Shown here: positions 1-9,384 of the stretch, in pieces | Layout: every line of letters starts with the position of its first letter | Numbering within the stretch: the stretch's first letter is position 1 | From: Candidatus Micrarchaeota archaeon | Lineage (GTDB): Archaea > Micrarchaeota > Micrarchaeia > Norongarragalinales > Norongarragalinaceae | Length of the DNA stretch: 64,000 bases | NCBI GenBank assembly: GCA_016207165.1 | Contig: JACQQD010000009.1 | Coordinates: 106,660-170,659, forward strand | Direction of reading: 5' to 3' | The notes under the pieces: model-generated | The model's database searches: none | The model's input: the letters and a program-made list of their open reading frames with translations, nothing else | Told to the model about the DNA's origin: nothing | Program-made: the position numbers and the translations under genes

Positions 1-222
1 CATTCCGGATAAGGCGTTGGAGAGGCCTGCGACGGCGACAAAAACGGTGGGCTCTTTGGATTGGTTGGCCGTTTCGGCCAATTCCAAAACTTTTTTCGGG
101 GTTCGGTGGGCGGAAGCAATCCGGTATTCAACGGATACGCCGAATTCTTTTGCCGCGGAGCCGATTTGTTGGGCGAACGGCAAGTCGCTTTTGGAGCCCA
201 TGGCGATGATGATCTTACCCAT
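1..222 (-). CDS. purE: AIR carboxylase PurE, class II-like (3' end runs off the window; absent from the ORF track)
   Basis: Manual translation from ATG at 222: MGKIIIAMGSKSDLPFAQQIGSAAKEFGVSVEYRIASAHRTPKKVLELAETANQSKEPTVFVAVAGLSNALSGM. It has the MGSxSD and SAHRTP motifs, with AGGTGA SD upstream, directly after purC. Confidence 0.93.
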   Translation of the reverse strand, partial: MGKIIIAMGSKSDLPFAQQIGSAAKEFGVSVEYRIASAHRTPKKVLELAETANQSKEPTVFVAVAGLSNALSGM

Positions 223-228
223 GTCCAA

Positions 229-1134
229 TCACCTGAATTTCTCTCCGGTCAACTGTTCGAACAATTCAATGTAGAGCCGGCTGGTTTCTTCAATCTTTTC
301 TTTGGGAAGCGGGGGGATGTCTGGTTCCGCTTTTCCGGCTTTTCGGGCGGCGTACAAGGCTTCGTGGTACCCGGTTTCCCTGTAGTGGCTTCGAACAAAC
401 TCCTTGCTTTTCTCGACGTGGTTTCCTTTCTCAAATTCGGCGGCGTCCCAGAAGCGGTCCTCGTCGGCGGTGCCGAACGTGTCCACCACTATGAGTTCCC
501 GGTTCTCGTCCAACGCGAACTCTTTTTTGCCGTCAACGTGGATGAGTCCGCGTTTCTTGACGTGGTCGTTGATTTGCTCGTCGATGCGCAGCGTGGCTTC
601 CCTCAGTTCATTCCACTGGTCGATGGATAACGCGGAAATTTTCATGGCTTCTTCTTTCGTCAGCGGCCGGTCGGTCTTCTCCAGTTTCGTGGTGACTTCA
701 AAAAAGGGCTCCGGCAGCGTCTCGCCTTTTTTCACGGCGTGGCCCTCCGGGAAACCGATGTCCTCGGCTTTGACTTTTTCGTCCTGGAGGCGGTCGAAAA
801 GCGAGCCGTAGGCGAAATAGCGGACGATGACTTCCAACGGAATGAGGTAGTTGGTGGTTTTGGGAGTGATTTGGGAGTAGTCGTAAATCACGTTCACGCG
901 CTTGACTTGCATCTGATTGGGGCCGGTGGTTTTGAGGTAATGGCTTGGGATTTTGGCTTTCCGGCAGACGTCAAACCAGTACGCCGACGTGCGGCAGAGC
1001 GTTTCGCCTTTGAAGGGGATGTCAGAGGGAATGATTTTGTCGAACACGGACACTCGGTTGGAGAACTCAAATTCCAGGGTGTGCTCGTCGACTTCGTACA
1101 CGTTTTTTACTTTTCCTTTGTGAAGCAGTTTCAC
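229..1134 (-). CDS. purC: SAICAR synthetase
   Basis: KGKVKNVY, SNRVSVFD, IPLEVIVR, VDGKKEF and GTADEDRFW motifs; in the purine operon. Confidence 0.97.
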   Translation of the reverse strand: MKLLHKGKVKNVYEVDEHTLEFEFSNRVSVFDKIIPSDIPFKGETLCRTSAYWFDVCRKAKIPSHYLKTTGPNQMQVKRVNVIYDYSQITPKTTNYLIPLEVIVRYFAYGSLFDRLQDEKVKAEDIGFPEGHAVKKGETLPEPFFEVTTKLEKTDRPLTKEEAMKISALSIDQWNELREATLRIDEQINDHVKKRGLIHVDGKKEFALDENRELIVVDTFGTADEDRFWDAAEFEKGNHVEKSKEFVRSHYRETGYHEALYAARKAGKAEPDIPPLPKEKIEETSRLYIELFEQLTGEKFR

Positions 1135-2438
1135 GGCTCGGATTCCCTCCGGACGATGATGTCTTCGCGGTTGGGTCCCACGGACACGGAAAGCACGGGC
1201 ACGCCAGCGTGCTTTTCCATGAAGGCCACGTATTTTTTGGCTTGAAGGGGCAACGCGTCAAAGCCTTTTGATTTTCCTTCGCGGCACACGGCGTTCCAGT
1301 CGGCGTCCTTGAAGCCGCTCAGGGTCTCGTACACGGGTTTTGCTTTTTCCAAAACAGAGTGGCGGGTTGGAAAATAGTCGTAGGTTTTTCCGCCGGATTG
1401 GTAGGCGGTGCACACCGGCAATTCGTCTAAATCCGAGAGGATGTCCAGTTTCGTCACGTGCATGCCGTCGTAGCCGTTGAGTCGGTTTCCCAACCGGATG
1501 ATGGTTAAATCCAGCCACCCGACGCGCCGCGGCCTGCCTGTCACGGTTCCGAATTCCTTGCCTTTGTCGCGAAGCGTTTCCCCGGCGTTTCCCTGGATTT
1601 CCGTGGGAAACGGTCCGGCGCCCACGCGCGTGGTGTACGCCTTGACCACGGTTTCCACGCGCTTTATTTTCTTTGGGGAGACGCCGGTGGACGCCGACGC
1701 GTTGCCGGCAACGGGTTGCGAGGAGGTGACGTAGGGGTAGGTGCCGAAGTTGTTGTCCAGCATGACGCCTTGCGCGCCCTCGAACAAGACGTTTTTTCCG
1801 GCGTCAAGCGCGCCATCGACTTCCTGGGACGCGTCGCAAAGATAGGGTTCCAGTTGTCTTCCAAGTTCCGCGTATTCCTGGAACGTTTTTTCTTTTGAGG
1901 GCAATTGTTGGACGTTGAAGATTTCCTTCAAGGTTTTGGCGTGAACCGGATAGGATTTGTCCAACGCGGCTTCAAGTTGGACGGGGTTGACCAGGTCCTC
2001 CATGCGGATGCCCCACCGCGCGGCCTTGGACTCGTAGACCGGTCCAATGCCTCTTCCCGTCGTACCGATTTTGTGGGACCCGCTTTCTCGGGCCGCGTCC
2101 CAGTACAAGTGCCAGGGCATGATGACGTGCGCCCGAAAGTCCACGCCCAACAGGCTGGGGCCGATGCTTAACCCCATTTTTTCAAGGGTGTCCAACTCCT
2201 TTTTCAGCACCTTGGGGTCCACGACCACGCCGGAGGCAATGAGGCTCCGTTTTTTTCGGATGACGCCGGAGGGCATGAGCTGCAGTTTGAAGACTTGGCC
2301 GCCGGCGTGCACGGTGTGTCCCGCGTTGTTGCCGCCCTGGTAGCGGACCACGACATCGTATTCCTTACAAAGGTAGTCGACGATTTTTCCTTTGCCTTCA
2401 TCGCCCCACTGGGCGCCAATGATGACCGTGCTTTTCAT
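1131..2438 (-). CDS. purA: Adenylosuccinate synthetase
   Basis: GAQWGDEGKGK, RYQGGNNAGHT, GTTGRGIGP and EFGTVTGRPRRVGW; ATG at 2438 chosen over TTG at 2447. Confidence 0.98.
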   Translation of the reverse strand: MKSTVIIGAQWGDEGKGKIVDYLCKEYDVVVRYQGGNNAGHTVHAGGQVFKLQLMPSGVIRKKRSLIASGVVVDPKVLKKELDTLEKMGLSIGPSLLGVDFRAHVIMPWHLYWDAARESGSHKIGTTGRGIGPVYESKAARWGIRMEDLVNPVQLEAALDKSYPVHAKTLKEIFNVQQLPSKEKTFQEYAELGRQLEPYLCDASQEVDGALDAGKNVLFEGAQGVMLDNNFGTYPYVTSSQPVAGNASASTGVSPKKIKRVETVVKAYTTRVGAGPFPTEIQGNAGETLRDKGKEFGTVTGRPRRVGWLDLTIIRLGNRLNGYDGMHVTKLDILSDLDELPVCTAYQSGGKTYDYFPTRHSVLEKAKPVYETLSGFKDADWNAVCREGKSKGFDALPLQAKKYVAFMEKHAGVPVLSVSVGPNREDIIVRRESEP

Positions 2439-2448
2439 GGGCGTCAAC

Positions 2449-3837
2449 CTAGAATTTCGCGTCGACCGTGGACTCCTTGTAGTCGGACAGCTTTTGTTTC
2501 AGCCTGGCGGCCAAGCGCTTCGCTTTTTTCGCGGACAAGCCGACGTGTTTTTTGATGTCCACGTGCGACACCCTCTTTCTGAGCGGATTGTCTTTTCCTT
2601 GAAGGACTTGTTCCCAGGCGGCCATGCTTTCCTCGCGGAGTTTTTCGTGGGCCACTTGCCGGGACGCGCCTTTTTTTACGTAGTCCATGAGGAGCACTTC
2701 CGTCAAGGCAAACGGCGCGTGCACGTCGAGGTGTTTTCGCACGACGGCGTCGTTGACTTGCAGTCCGTTTAGAATACGGTGGGACAAAAGCAGCATTTCG
2801 TCAAGCGCAAGGAAATCCTGTTCCATCCAAATGCGGCGGTTGGCGGAATCATCCAGCGTCCGCTCCAATGCGTTGTTTGCCGCATTCTCCCACGCGATGA
2901 TGGGTGAGGCTGCAACGAGGCGCGCAAGTGAACACATTCGTTCCGAAGCCATGGGGTTGCGTTTGAACGGCATGGCGCTGGAACCCACTTGCTTTTTGTC
3001 GAAGGGTTCCTGGAGTTCCTGCTGCATTTGCAGGAGTCGCACGTCCAAACCGATTTTGTGGAGCGTCTGCGCCAATCCGGCCAGGCAATCGGCCAGGATC
3101 AAGTCTTGTTTGCGGGGATAGGTTTGCGTGGCCACGTCAAAGGCTTGCAATCCCAGTTTTTCCAGGAAATCGGATTCCAGTTTCTCGACTTTTTTTTCGT
3201 CTTTCAAGAGTTCAAGAAAGCTCGCCGACGTGCCGACGGCGCCTTTCAGGCCCTTCGATTGCAAAACCAAAAGCAGCCATTCCAGGGTTAAAAGGTCGGC
3301 AAGCAGGTCTTGGGCCCAGACGGCAAAGCGGTATCCGAGGGTCGTGGGTTCGGCGGCTTGCAAGTGCGTGTACGCCACGCACGGCGTGTCCGCGTACTTC
3401 TCGATGAGCCGGTGAAGGGCGAAAAGCGTGGAAGCCGTGCGTTGGGCCAAGAGTTGGATGGCTTGCTTTTGGCGGAGCACGTCGGCGTTGTCCTGGATGT
3501 CCATGGACGTGGCGCCTACATGCAGTTTTCCGCCGCCGGTTTTGCATTGGGATGCAAACGTTTTCAGTTCAGCGACCATGTCGTGGCGGATTTGTTTTTC
3601 CAATTCAAGGGCTTTTTCCACGTCAACGTCGGGTACGTGTTTTTCGATGTCTTGGTACTCGGCTTTGGTCACCATTCCGGCTTGCATTTGCGCGTATGCG
3701 AGGGCTTGCCAGGTCTTGCGCCACGTCAGGCGCTTGTGGTGTTCCGAGAAAATCGACCGCATGGCCTCCGAGCCATACCGCCACGAAAAGGGCGACAAAT
3801 AGTCGTTAAACCCGAAGGAGGCCACGGTTTTTCCCAC
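2449..3837 (-). CDS. purB: Adenylosuccinate lyase
   Basis: Fumarase-superfamily signature GSSAMPFKRNP, plus HVGATSMD and THLQAAEPTT. Confidence 0.97.
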   Translation of the reverse strand: MGKTVASFGFNDYLSPFSWRYGSEAMRSIFSEHHKRLTWRKTWQALAYAQMQAGMVTKAEYQDIEKHVPDVDVEKALELEKQIRHDMVAELKTFASQCKTGGGKLHVGATSMDIQDNADVLRQKQAIQLLAQRTASTLFALHRLIEKYADTPCVAYTHLQAAEPTTLGYRFAVWAQDLLADLLTLEWLLLVLQSKGLKGAVGTSASFLELLKDEKKVEKLESDFLEKLGLQAFDVATQTYPRKQDLILADCLAGLAQTLHKIGLDVRLLQMQQELQEPFDKKQVGSSAMPFKRNPMASERMCSLARLVAASPIIAWENAANNALERTLDDSANRRIWMEQDFLALDEMLLLSHRILNGLQVNDAVVRKHLDVHAPFALTEVLLMDYVKKGASRQVAHEKLREESMAAWEQVLQGKDNPLRKRVSHVDIKKHVGLSAKKAKRLAARLKQKLSDYKESTVDAKF

Positions 3838-3846
3838 CGTATGCCA

Positions 3847-4572
3847 TCAATGGTTTTTTTGCTTATTAAAGCGTCCGTTGGTTGACGGACGCAGCGTGCC
3901 GTCGGCAATGCCTTTGAGGGTTTGCGGAAAAATGACGAAGTCGCCGGCTTTTTTGAGGCGTTCTTGGTGTTGGAGGGCGACTTTTTCGACTTGCGTTTTG
4001 TTTTGCGGGTCGAATCCTTTCGGGAGTTTCACGGCCACGGGATTGGAGCGCATCAGAATGGGGCCCCCGTCAACTTCTTCAGACACCACGTGCGTGGTGG
4101 CGCGAAGCTGTTTTTCGCCGGCCAAAATCGCGTCGCGTACCGCGTGCGCGCCGGCGTATTTGCGTTTGCCGGTTTCGTTTGCAATGGATAAGTCGGCGGG
4201 GTGTACGTTGATGCCCAAAAACGCGTTGACCAACACCGTGGAGGCGATGGCCATGTACCCCGCAAAGGCCAGCACGTCGGGGTCGTGTCTCCGGAGTTTT
4301 CGGATGGTGATGCTGTCAAATTCGGCGCGAAGCGACAAGTCGGACTTCGGCTTGCCTTTTTTTTTGTAGAAGGCGACCAAATCGTTTTCCTCGCAGGGAA
4401 TTTTGAACTTTTTGGCAAGCGCTTTGGCATTGGATTTTGGGTTGTCGGTGAAAATACAGACCACTTGATACGAGCGGCCGTTTTCTTCGCTTTCCAGAAT
4501 GGATTTCGCCACCGACCCTTTGCCGCTCATGAGGATGGCCACGCGCAGGGGTTTGGGAGGGGCTGGAGGCAT
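3847..4572 (-). CDS. purN: Phosphoribosylglycinamide formyltransferase (folate-dependent)
   Basis: VAILMSGKGS, INVHP (catalytic N/H), THVVSEEVDGGPI (catalytic D); purine context. Confidence 0.9.
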   Translation of the reverse strand: MPPAPPKPLRVAILMSGKGSVAKSILESEENGRSYQVVCIFTDNPKSNAKALAKKFKIPCEENDLVAFYKKKGKPKSDLSLRAEFDSITIRKLRRHDPDVLAFAGYMAIASTVLVNAFLGINVHPADLSIANETGKRKYAGAHAVRDAILAGEKQLRATTHVVSEEVDGGPILMRSNPVAVKLPKGFDPQNKTQVEKVALQHQERLKKAGDFVIFPQTLKGIADGTLRPSTNGRFNKQKNH

Positions 4573-4609
4573 AAAGCCTAATATGGGTTTCGTGCATTAA
4601 TGGCTTTTC

Positions 4610-5500
4610 ATGGCCGCCACGATTTTGAAGGGCAAACCCGTTGCCGAGAAGATCCGCGAGGACTTGGCGCAGAAAGCCGCGGAACTGGCCAAAAAAGTCG
4701 GCCGGCCGCCCGGCTTGGCCGCGATTTTAGTGGGTGAGGACCCTGCGTCGCAGGTTTACGTGTCCATGAAGCACAAGGCTTGCCAGGAAGCCGGCTTTCA
4801 TTCGGAACTCATTCAATTGGAGGAATCCATTCCGCAGGAGGAATTGCTCAAGAAAATACGGGAACTCAACCGCCAAACCACCGTGGACGGCATCCTGGTG
4901 CAACTGCCTTTGCCCAAGCACCTCAACGAGGAAGTAGTGCTTGAAGCGGTAGCGCCGGAAAAGGACGTGGATGGGTTCCACCCTCAAAACCAGGGAAAGC
5001 TTTTGCTGGGTTTGGAGGGTTTTGTGCCGGCCACGCCCAAGGGAGTGATGCGGATGCTGTCGGAAGCCGGCGTCGCGCTCAAAGGAAAGCACGCCGTGGT
5101 AGTGGGCCGGAGCAACATCGTGGGAAAGCCGTTGGCGCTTTTGTTGTTGCGGGAGGACGCGACGGTGACGATTTGCCACTCCAAGACCAAGAAACTGGAG
5201 GAAATCACGCGGCAAGCCGACGTCTTGGTGGCGGCGGTGGGCAAAGCCGGTCTGATCACTGAAAAGCACGTCAAGGACGGGGCCGTGGTCATCGATGTGG
5301 GCACCACCCGGGAAAAGGGAAGGCTTCGCGGGGACGTGGACTTTGACTCCGTGGTAAAAATTGCCTCGTTGTTGACGCCGGTTCCTGGCGGAGTCGGGCC
5401 CATGACCATCGCATTGCTTTTAGAGAACACGTTTTGGGCGTACCAAAAGCGGAATGGCTTGCAGGCTGGAACGAATGAGAATTCAATAAGGCAAGGATAA
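4610..5500 (+). CDS. folD: Methylenetetrahydrofolate dehydrogenase/cyclohydrolase
   Basis: YVSMKHKAC, GILVQLPLP, KDVDGFHP, GRSNIVGKP and TPVPGGVGPMT. Confidence 0.98.
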   Translation: MAATILKGKPVAEKIREDLAQKAAELAKKVGRPPGLAAILVGEDPASQVYVSMKHKACQEAGFHSELIQLEESIPQEELLKKIRELNRQTTVDGILVQLPLPKHLNEEVVLEAVAPEKDVDGFHPQNQGKLLLGLEGFVPATPKGVMRMLSEAGVALKGKHAVVVGRSNIVGKPLALLLLREDATVTICHSKTKKLEEITRQADVLVAAVGKAGLITEKHVKDGAVVIDVGTTREKGRLRGDVDFDSVVKIASLLTPVPGGVGPMTIALLLENTFWAYQKRNGLQAGTNENSIRQG

Positions 5501-5516
5501 CGCAAGGCTACGAAGA

Positions 5517-6305
5517 ATGACCAAGTTGGTTTTTACGGTGGATGTGGACCGCGATGTGGCGTGGCCCATAAACGGTTCGCATGTGGGCGGCTCAAAGCAC
5601 CACTTCGAGCCGTCGTTTGAGTCTTCCCAGAAAGGCTTTTTCGCTCTCCTGGAGTTGGTCAACGAACTTTCGGTGCCTACCACTTTTTTTTTCGAGGCCG
5701 CCACGGCCAAACGCATTGGCCCCGTGTGGTTGGGCCACGAAGTGGCGTGCCACGGGTTTGACCACGAGGATTTCACCGGCAAAAAAACGGGCCGTCCATT
5801 GCCTGCGGTAAAGCGCCGCGTCATCCTTCAAAAGGCCAAGACGGAGTTGGAGGAGTTGTTTGAAAGCCGGGTTTACGGGTTCCGGGCGCCGTACCTGCAT
5901 TGGGACGTGGCGTTGTTGGAGATGCTTGGCCAGAACGGTTTCGCGTACGATTCCTCCGTCGTGGCCGGCGAGTTGGAAAAACCGCCGTTGCCGGAATTGT
6001 TTTTGCCGAGTTGGAGGGACCAAAACGCAAAGGCGTTGTCGGGATACTTGTGGCCGCTCATGGAGGGAAAAAGAGCGGTGGAGGACTACGTGTTGGCCGT
6101 GAAACAAGCGGTTTCCCAAAACGAGCCTTACGTGGTGTTGGCCACGCATTCCTGGCACACGCACGCCTCCGTCGAAAAAGGCGTTTTAAGCGAAGGCCAG
6201 GCCAACCGAAACGTGGGCCGCGTCCGCGAACTCTTGGACGCATTTTTGGGCTTGGACGGCCTGGAATTCGTTTTGGGAAAGGAGGCCGTGCAGGCAAAGC
6301 TTTAA
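5517..6305 (+). CDS. NodB/polysaccharide deacetylase family protein
   Basis: FTVDVD, TTFFF, HEVACHGFDH metal motif, GFRAPY, YDSS and a C-terminal HSW. Confidence 0.85.
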   Translation: MTKLVFTVDVDRDVAWPINGSHVGGSKHHFEPSFESSQKGFFALLELVNELSVPTTFFFEAATAKRIGPVWLGHEVACHGFDHEDFTGKKTGRPLPAVKRRVILQKAKTELEELFESRVYGFRAPYLHWDVALLEMLGQNGFAYDSSVVAGELEKPPLPELFLPSWRDQNAKALSGYLWPLMEGKRAVEDYVLAVKQAVSQNEPYVVLATHSWHTHASVEKGVLSEGQANRNVGRVRELLDAFLGLDGLEFVLGKEAVQAKL

Positions 6306-6335
6306 GCGGTTTTGCGACCAAATCGGCTATTGCGT

Positions 6336-7883
6336 ATGTTTGAAAAACAAATCGACGTCAAGCGGGCGCTCATCAGCGTTTACAACAAGGATGGCGTCGG
6401 CGAATTCGCCTCGTTTTTGCACGGCTTGGGCGTGCAAATCATTTCCACGGGTGGAACCGCGGCACTCATCAAGAAGCACGGCGTGCCGGTGGTGGACGTA
6501 TCCGATTACACGGGTTTTCCAGAAATGCTTTCCGGCCGCGTCAAGACGCTTCACCCCAAGGTGCACGCCGGCATACTGTACCGACGCCAGTTAAGCCAGG
6601 ACGTTTCCGCCATTGAAAAGCACGGCGTGTCCGGCATTGACTTGGTCGTCGTCAACTTGTATCCCTTCCAGGAAACCGTTTCCAAAAAAGGCGTGACGCG
6701 CGAGGACGTCATCGAGAACATCGACATCGGCGGCCCCGCGTTGCTTCGCGCTTCGGCCAAGAACTTTGAGCATGTGGCCGTGGTGTGCGACCCGAACGAC
6801 TACTCGGCTTTGGAAAAGGAATTGTCGGAGTTCAATGGCCGCCTTTCGTTTGAAACCAGGGAAAAACTTATGGTCAAGGCCTTTGAGCACACGGCGGCGT
6901 ATGACGCCGCGATTTGCACGCAATTCCAAAACGAGCAGGACGTGGACTTCCCTTCGTCGGCCACTCGTCACCTCAGGAAAGTCGCCGACTTGCGTTACGG
7001 AGAGAACCCCCACCAGAAAGCCGCGCTTTACTCCTGGAAGACGGGACTGGCCCAAGCGGAACTTTTGTCCGGAAAACCCATGTCGTACAATAATTGGCTT
7101 GACGCGTATTCCGCGTACCGCATCGCCCGGGAATTTGAGGACCCGGTGGCGGTGGTAGTCAAGCACAACAACCCGTGCGGCGGGGCGCAGGACGAAAACC
7201 TCGCGTCGGCCTTGAAAAAAGCGTTGAAGGCGGATCCCGTTTCGGCATTCGGCGGCGTGTACGCCTTCAATGGCCGCGTGGACGCCGAAACCGCTGAAGT
7301 ACTCAAGGACTGGTTCGTGGAAGTCATCGTGGCAAAAGACTTTGACCAAACCGCCTTGGAAATTTTAGTCCAGAAACCCAACCGCCGGCTCTTGGATGCG
7401 TCGAATGTCTGGGATGCGCCGCTTCCACGGGAACTGCGCTCCATTGGGGGCTCGATTTTGTTCCAGGAAACCGATGACCAGCTTTACCAGGAAGTTCGGA
7501 CGGTGTCCAAACGGCTTCCCAGCGCTTCGGAAAAAGACGACTTGGATTTCGCGTGGCGGTTCTGCAAGCACGCCAAATCCAACGCCATCGTTTTTGCGAA
7601 AGACCGCCAAATCGTGGGAGTGGGAGCCGGTCAGATGAGCCGAGTGGATTCGGTAAAAATCGCCGTAATGAAAGCCGGAGAGGCCAAACTGTCCCTGCAA
7701 GGCGCCGTGATGGCTTCCGACGCGTTTTTTCCTTTTCCCGACGGCATCCAACTGGCGGCCAAGGCCGGCATCACGGCCGTCATGCACCCCGGTGGCTCGC
7801 TGAAGGACCAGAACGTCATTGCCGAAGCCGACAAACTGGGCCTGGCTATGGTGTTCACGGGAATGCGGCACTTCCGCCATTAA
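6336..7883 (+). CDS. purH: Bifunctional AICAR formyltransferase/IMP cyclohydrolase
   Basis: ALISVYNK, STGGT, GRVKTLHP, IDIGGP, LRYGENPHQ, KHNNPCG, GAGQMSRVD and C-terminal RHFRH; ATG at 6336. Confidence 0.98.
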   Translation: MFEKQIDVKRALISVYNKDGVGEFASFLHGLGVQIISTGGTAALIKKHGVPVVDVSDYTGFPEMLSGRVKTLHPKVHAGILYRRQLSQDVSAIEKHGVSGIDLVVVNLYPFQETVSKKGVTREDVIENIDIGGPALLRASAKNFEHVAVVCDPNDYSALEKELSEFNGRLSFETREKLMVKAFEHTAAYDAAICTQFQNEQDVDFPSSATRHLRKVADLRYGENPHQKAALYSWKTGLAQAELLSGKPMSYNNWLDAYSAYRIAREFEDPVAVVVKHNNPCGGAQDENLASALKKALKADPVSAFGGVYAFNGRVDAETAEVLKDWFVEVIVAKDFDQTALEILVQKPNRRLLDASNVWDAPLPRELRSIGGSILFQETDDQLYQEVRTVSKRLPSASEKDDLDFAWRFCKHAKSNAIVFAKDRQIVGVGAGQMSRVDSVKIAVMKAGEAKLSLQGAVMASDAFFPFPDGIQLAAKAGITAVMHPGGSLKDQNVIAEADKLGLAMVFTGMRHFRH

Positions 7884-7965
7884 ACCGGTTTAGAGTTTCG
7901 TGGGTTTTCACGGATTGCTATAAAAGGGTTTGCCGCCTTAGATACAACTGGGTGGGACGCCTTCC

Positions 7966-9384
7966 GTGTGCGGCATCGTAGGAGTCATCGGCCAGGACAA
8001 CGTCGCCTTGGACATTTACCAGGGCCTATTGGCCGTTCAGCACCGGGGCCAGGATTCCGCGGGAATCGCGTGTTTTGACAAGGTCCGAATTAATTTAAAA
8101 AAGGGTTTGGGACTGGTTTCCGAGGTTTTCACCGAGGACAACCTCTCGCGTTTAAGTGGGAAAGCGGGTATCGGGCACGTGCGGTATGCCACCGCGGGAA
8201 GCACTCCTTTGTTGGACATGTCGCCGTTTGTCGTCGACATTCCGCACGCCATCGCTTTCGCGCATAACGGCAACACGGTCAATTACCTGGATTGGGAGCA
8301 GGTTTTTCGGGAGCGCATCCAGTCGTGCTGTGACTCCGAGATTTTGTTGCACTTGTTTTCCGATAAGTTAAGCCAGGACAAGCACTTGGACGTGGCATCC
8401 GTTTTTGACGCGGTTTTGTCGTTCATGAAGGACGTCAACGGCTCGTACTCCATTGTCGCCGTGGTCGAACGACTCGGGCTTTTGGCTTTCCGGGACCCCC
8501 ACGCCAACCGCCCTTTGGTCATGGGAAAGCGCGGCAACGACGTGGCGTTTGCTTCCGAGTCCGCGGCACTGGATGCCATGGGCTTTGAGTTGGTGCGTGA
8601 TTTGTTGCCCGGCGAAGCCGTGTTCGTGGAACCCGGAGGCATCATTCACGAGAAAGTGCTTCTCCCCAAAGCGCCGAGGCACTGCATGTTTGAGTGGGTG
8701 TACTTTTCGCGTCCGGACTCCGTTTTGGAGGGTAAAAGCGTGTACGAAACCCGCATCGCTCTTGGAAAACAATTGGCCAAGGCCATTGAGCGAAGCGATG
8801 CGGACTTGGTCATGGCGGTTCCAGACACGTCGCGTCCGGCGGCCGCCGGATTGGCTGAAGAATTGGGCAAGCCTTTGGCGGAAGGCATGATCAAGAACCG
8901 CTACATTGGCCGGACGTTCATCATGCCGACTCAGGAAGGCCGCGAACGCGCCATGCGCGTGAAGCTCAACACCGTCAAAAGCGTGGTGAAAGGAAAGCAC
9001 GTGTTGATGGTGGATGACTCCATTGTGCGGGGCACCACGGCCCGGCGCATCGTCAAACTCGTCAAGAAGGATGCCAAAACCCTGCATTTGGCGTCCACGT
9101 GTCCGCCCATCAAGTACCCTTGCTTTTACGGCATTGATTTTCCGATTCCATCGGAACTGGTGGCCGCCACGGAAAAAGACGAGGATGGCGTCCGAAAGAA
9201 GCTGGGCGCCGACGCGTTGACGTACCAGTCCCTGGACGGGCTGAAAAAAGCGTTGGGCGTGAAAGGACTTTGCACGGCGTGCCTGGATGGGGATTACCCC
9301 ACGGAGATTCCGGTGGACGTGCGCAAGAAGTTGGAGGCTGTTCGCGCCAACGAGCGCAAAAAGGTGGGAAGCGCGTATGTCTAA
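7966..9384 (+). CDS. purF: Amidophosphoribosyltransferase
   Basis: N-terminal (M)CGIVG nucleophile, QHRGQDSAG, VDDSIVRGTT PRPP motif and Fe-S Cys (CFYGID, CTAC); TATA-like CTATAAAA at about 7918. Confidence 0.98.
   Translation: MCGIVGVIGQDNVALDIYQGLLAVQHRGQDSAGIACFDKVRINLKKGLGLVSEVFTEDNLSRLSGKAGIGHVRYATAGSTPLLDMSPFVVDIPHAIAFAHNGNTVNYLDWEQVFRERIQSCCDSEILLHLFSDKLSQDKHLDVASVFDAVLSFMKDVNGSYSIVAVVERLGLLAFRDPHANRPLVMGKRGNDVAFASESAALDAMGFELVRDLLPGEAVFVEPGGIIHEKVLLPKAPRHCMFEWVYFSRPDSVLEGKSVYETRIALGKQLAKAIERSDADLVMAVPDTSRPAAAGLAEELGKPLAEGMIKNRYIGRTFIMPTQEGRERAMRVKLNTVKSVVKGKHVLMVDDSIVRGTTARRIVKLVKKDAKTLHLASTCPPIKYPCFYGIDFPIPSELVAATEKDEDGVRKKLGADALTYQSLDGLKKALGVKGLCTACLDGDYPTEIPVDVRKKLEAVRANERKKVGSAYV

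Noticed and set aside
7881-7892. 12-bp palindrome TAAACCGGTTTA at the purH stop as a purine-regulon operator
   Set aside because: It is not repeated at the other pur promoters in the window and could be chance.
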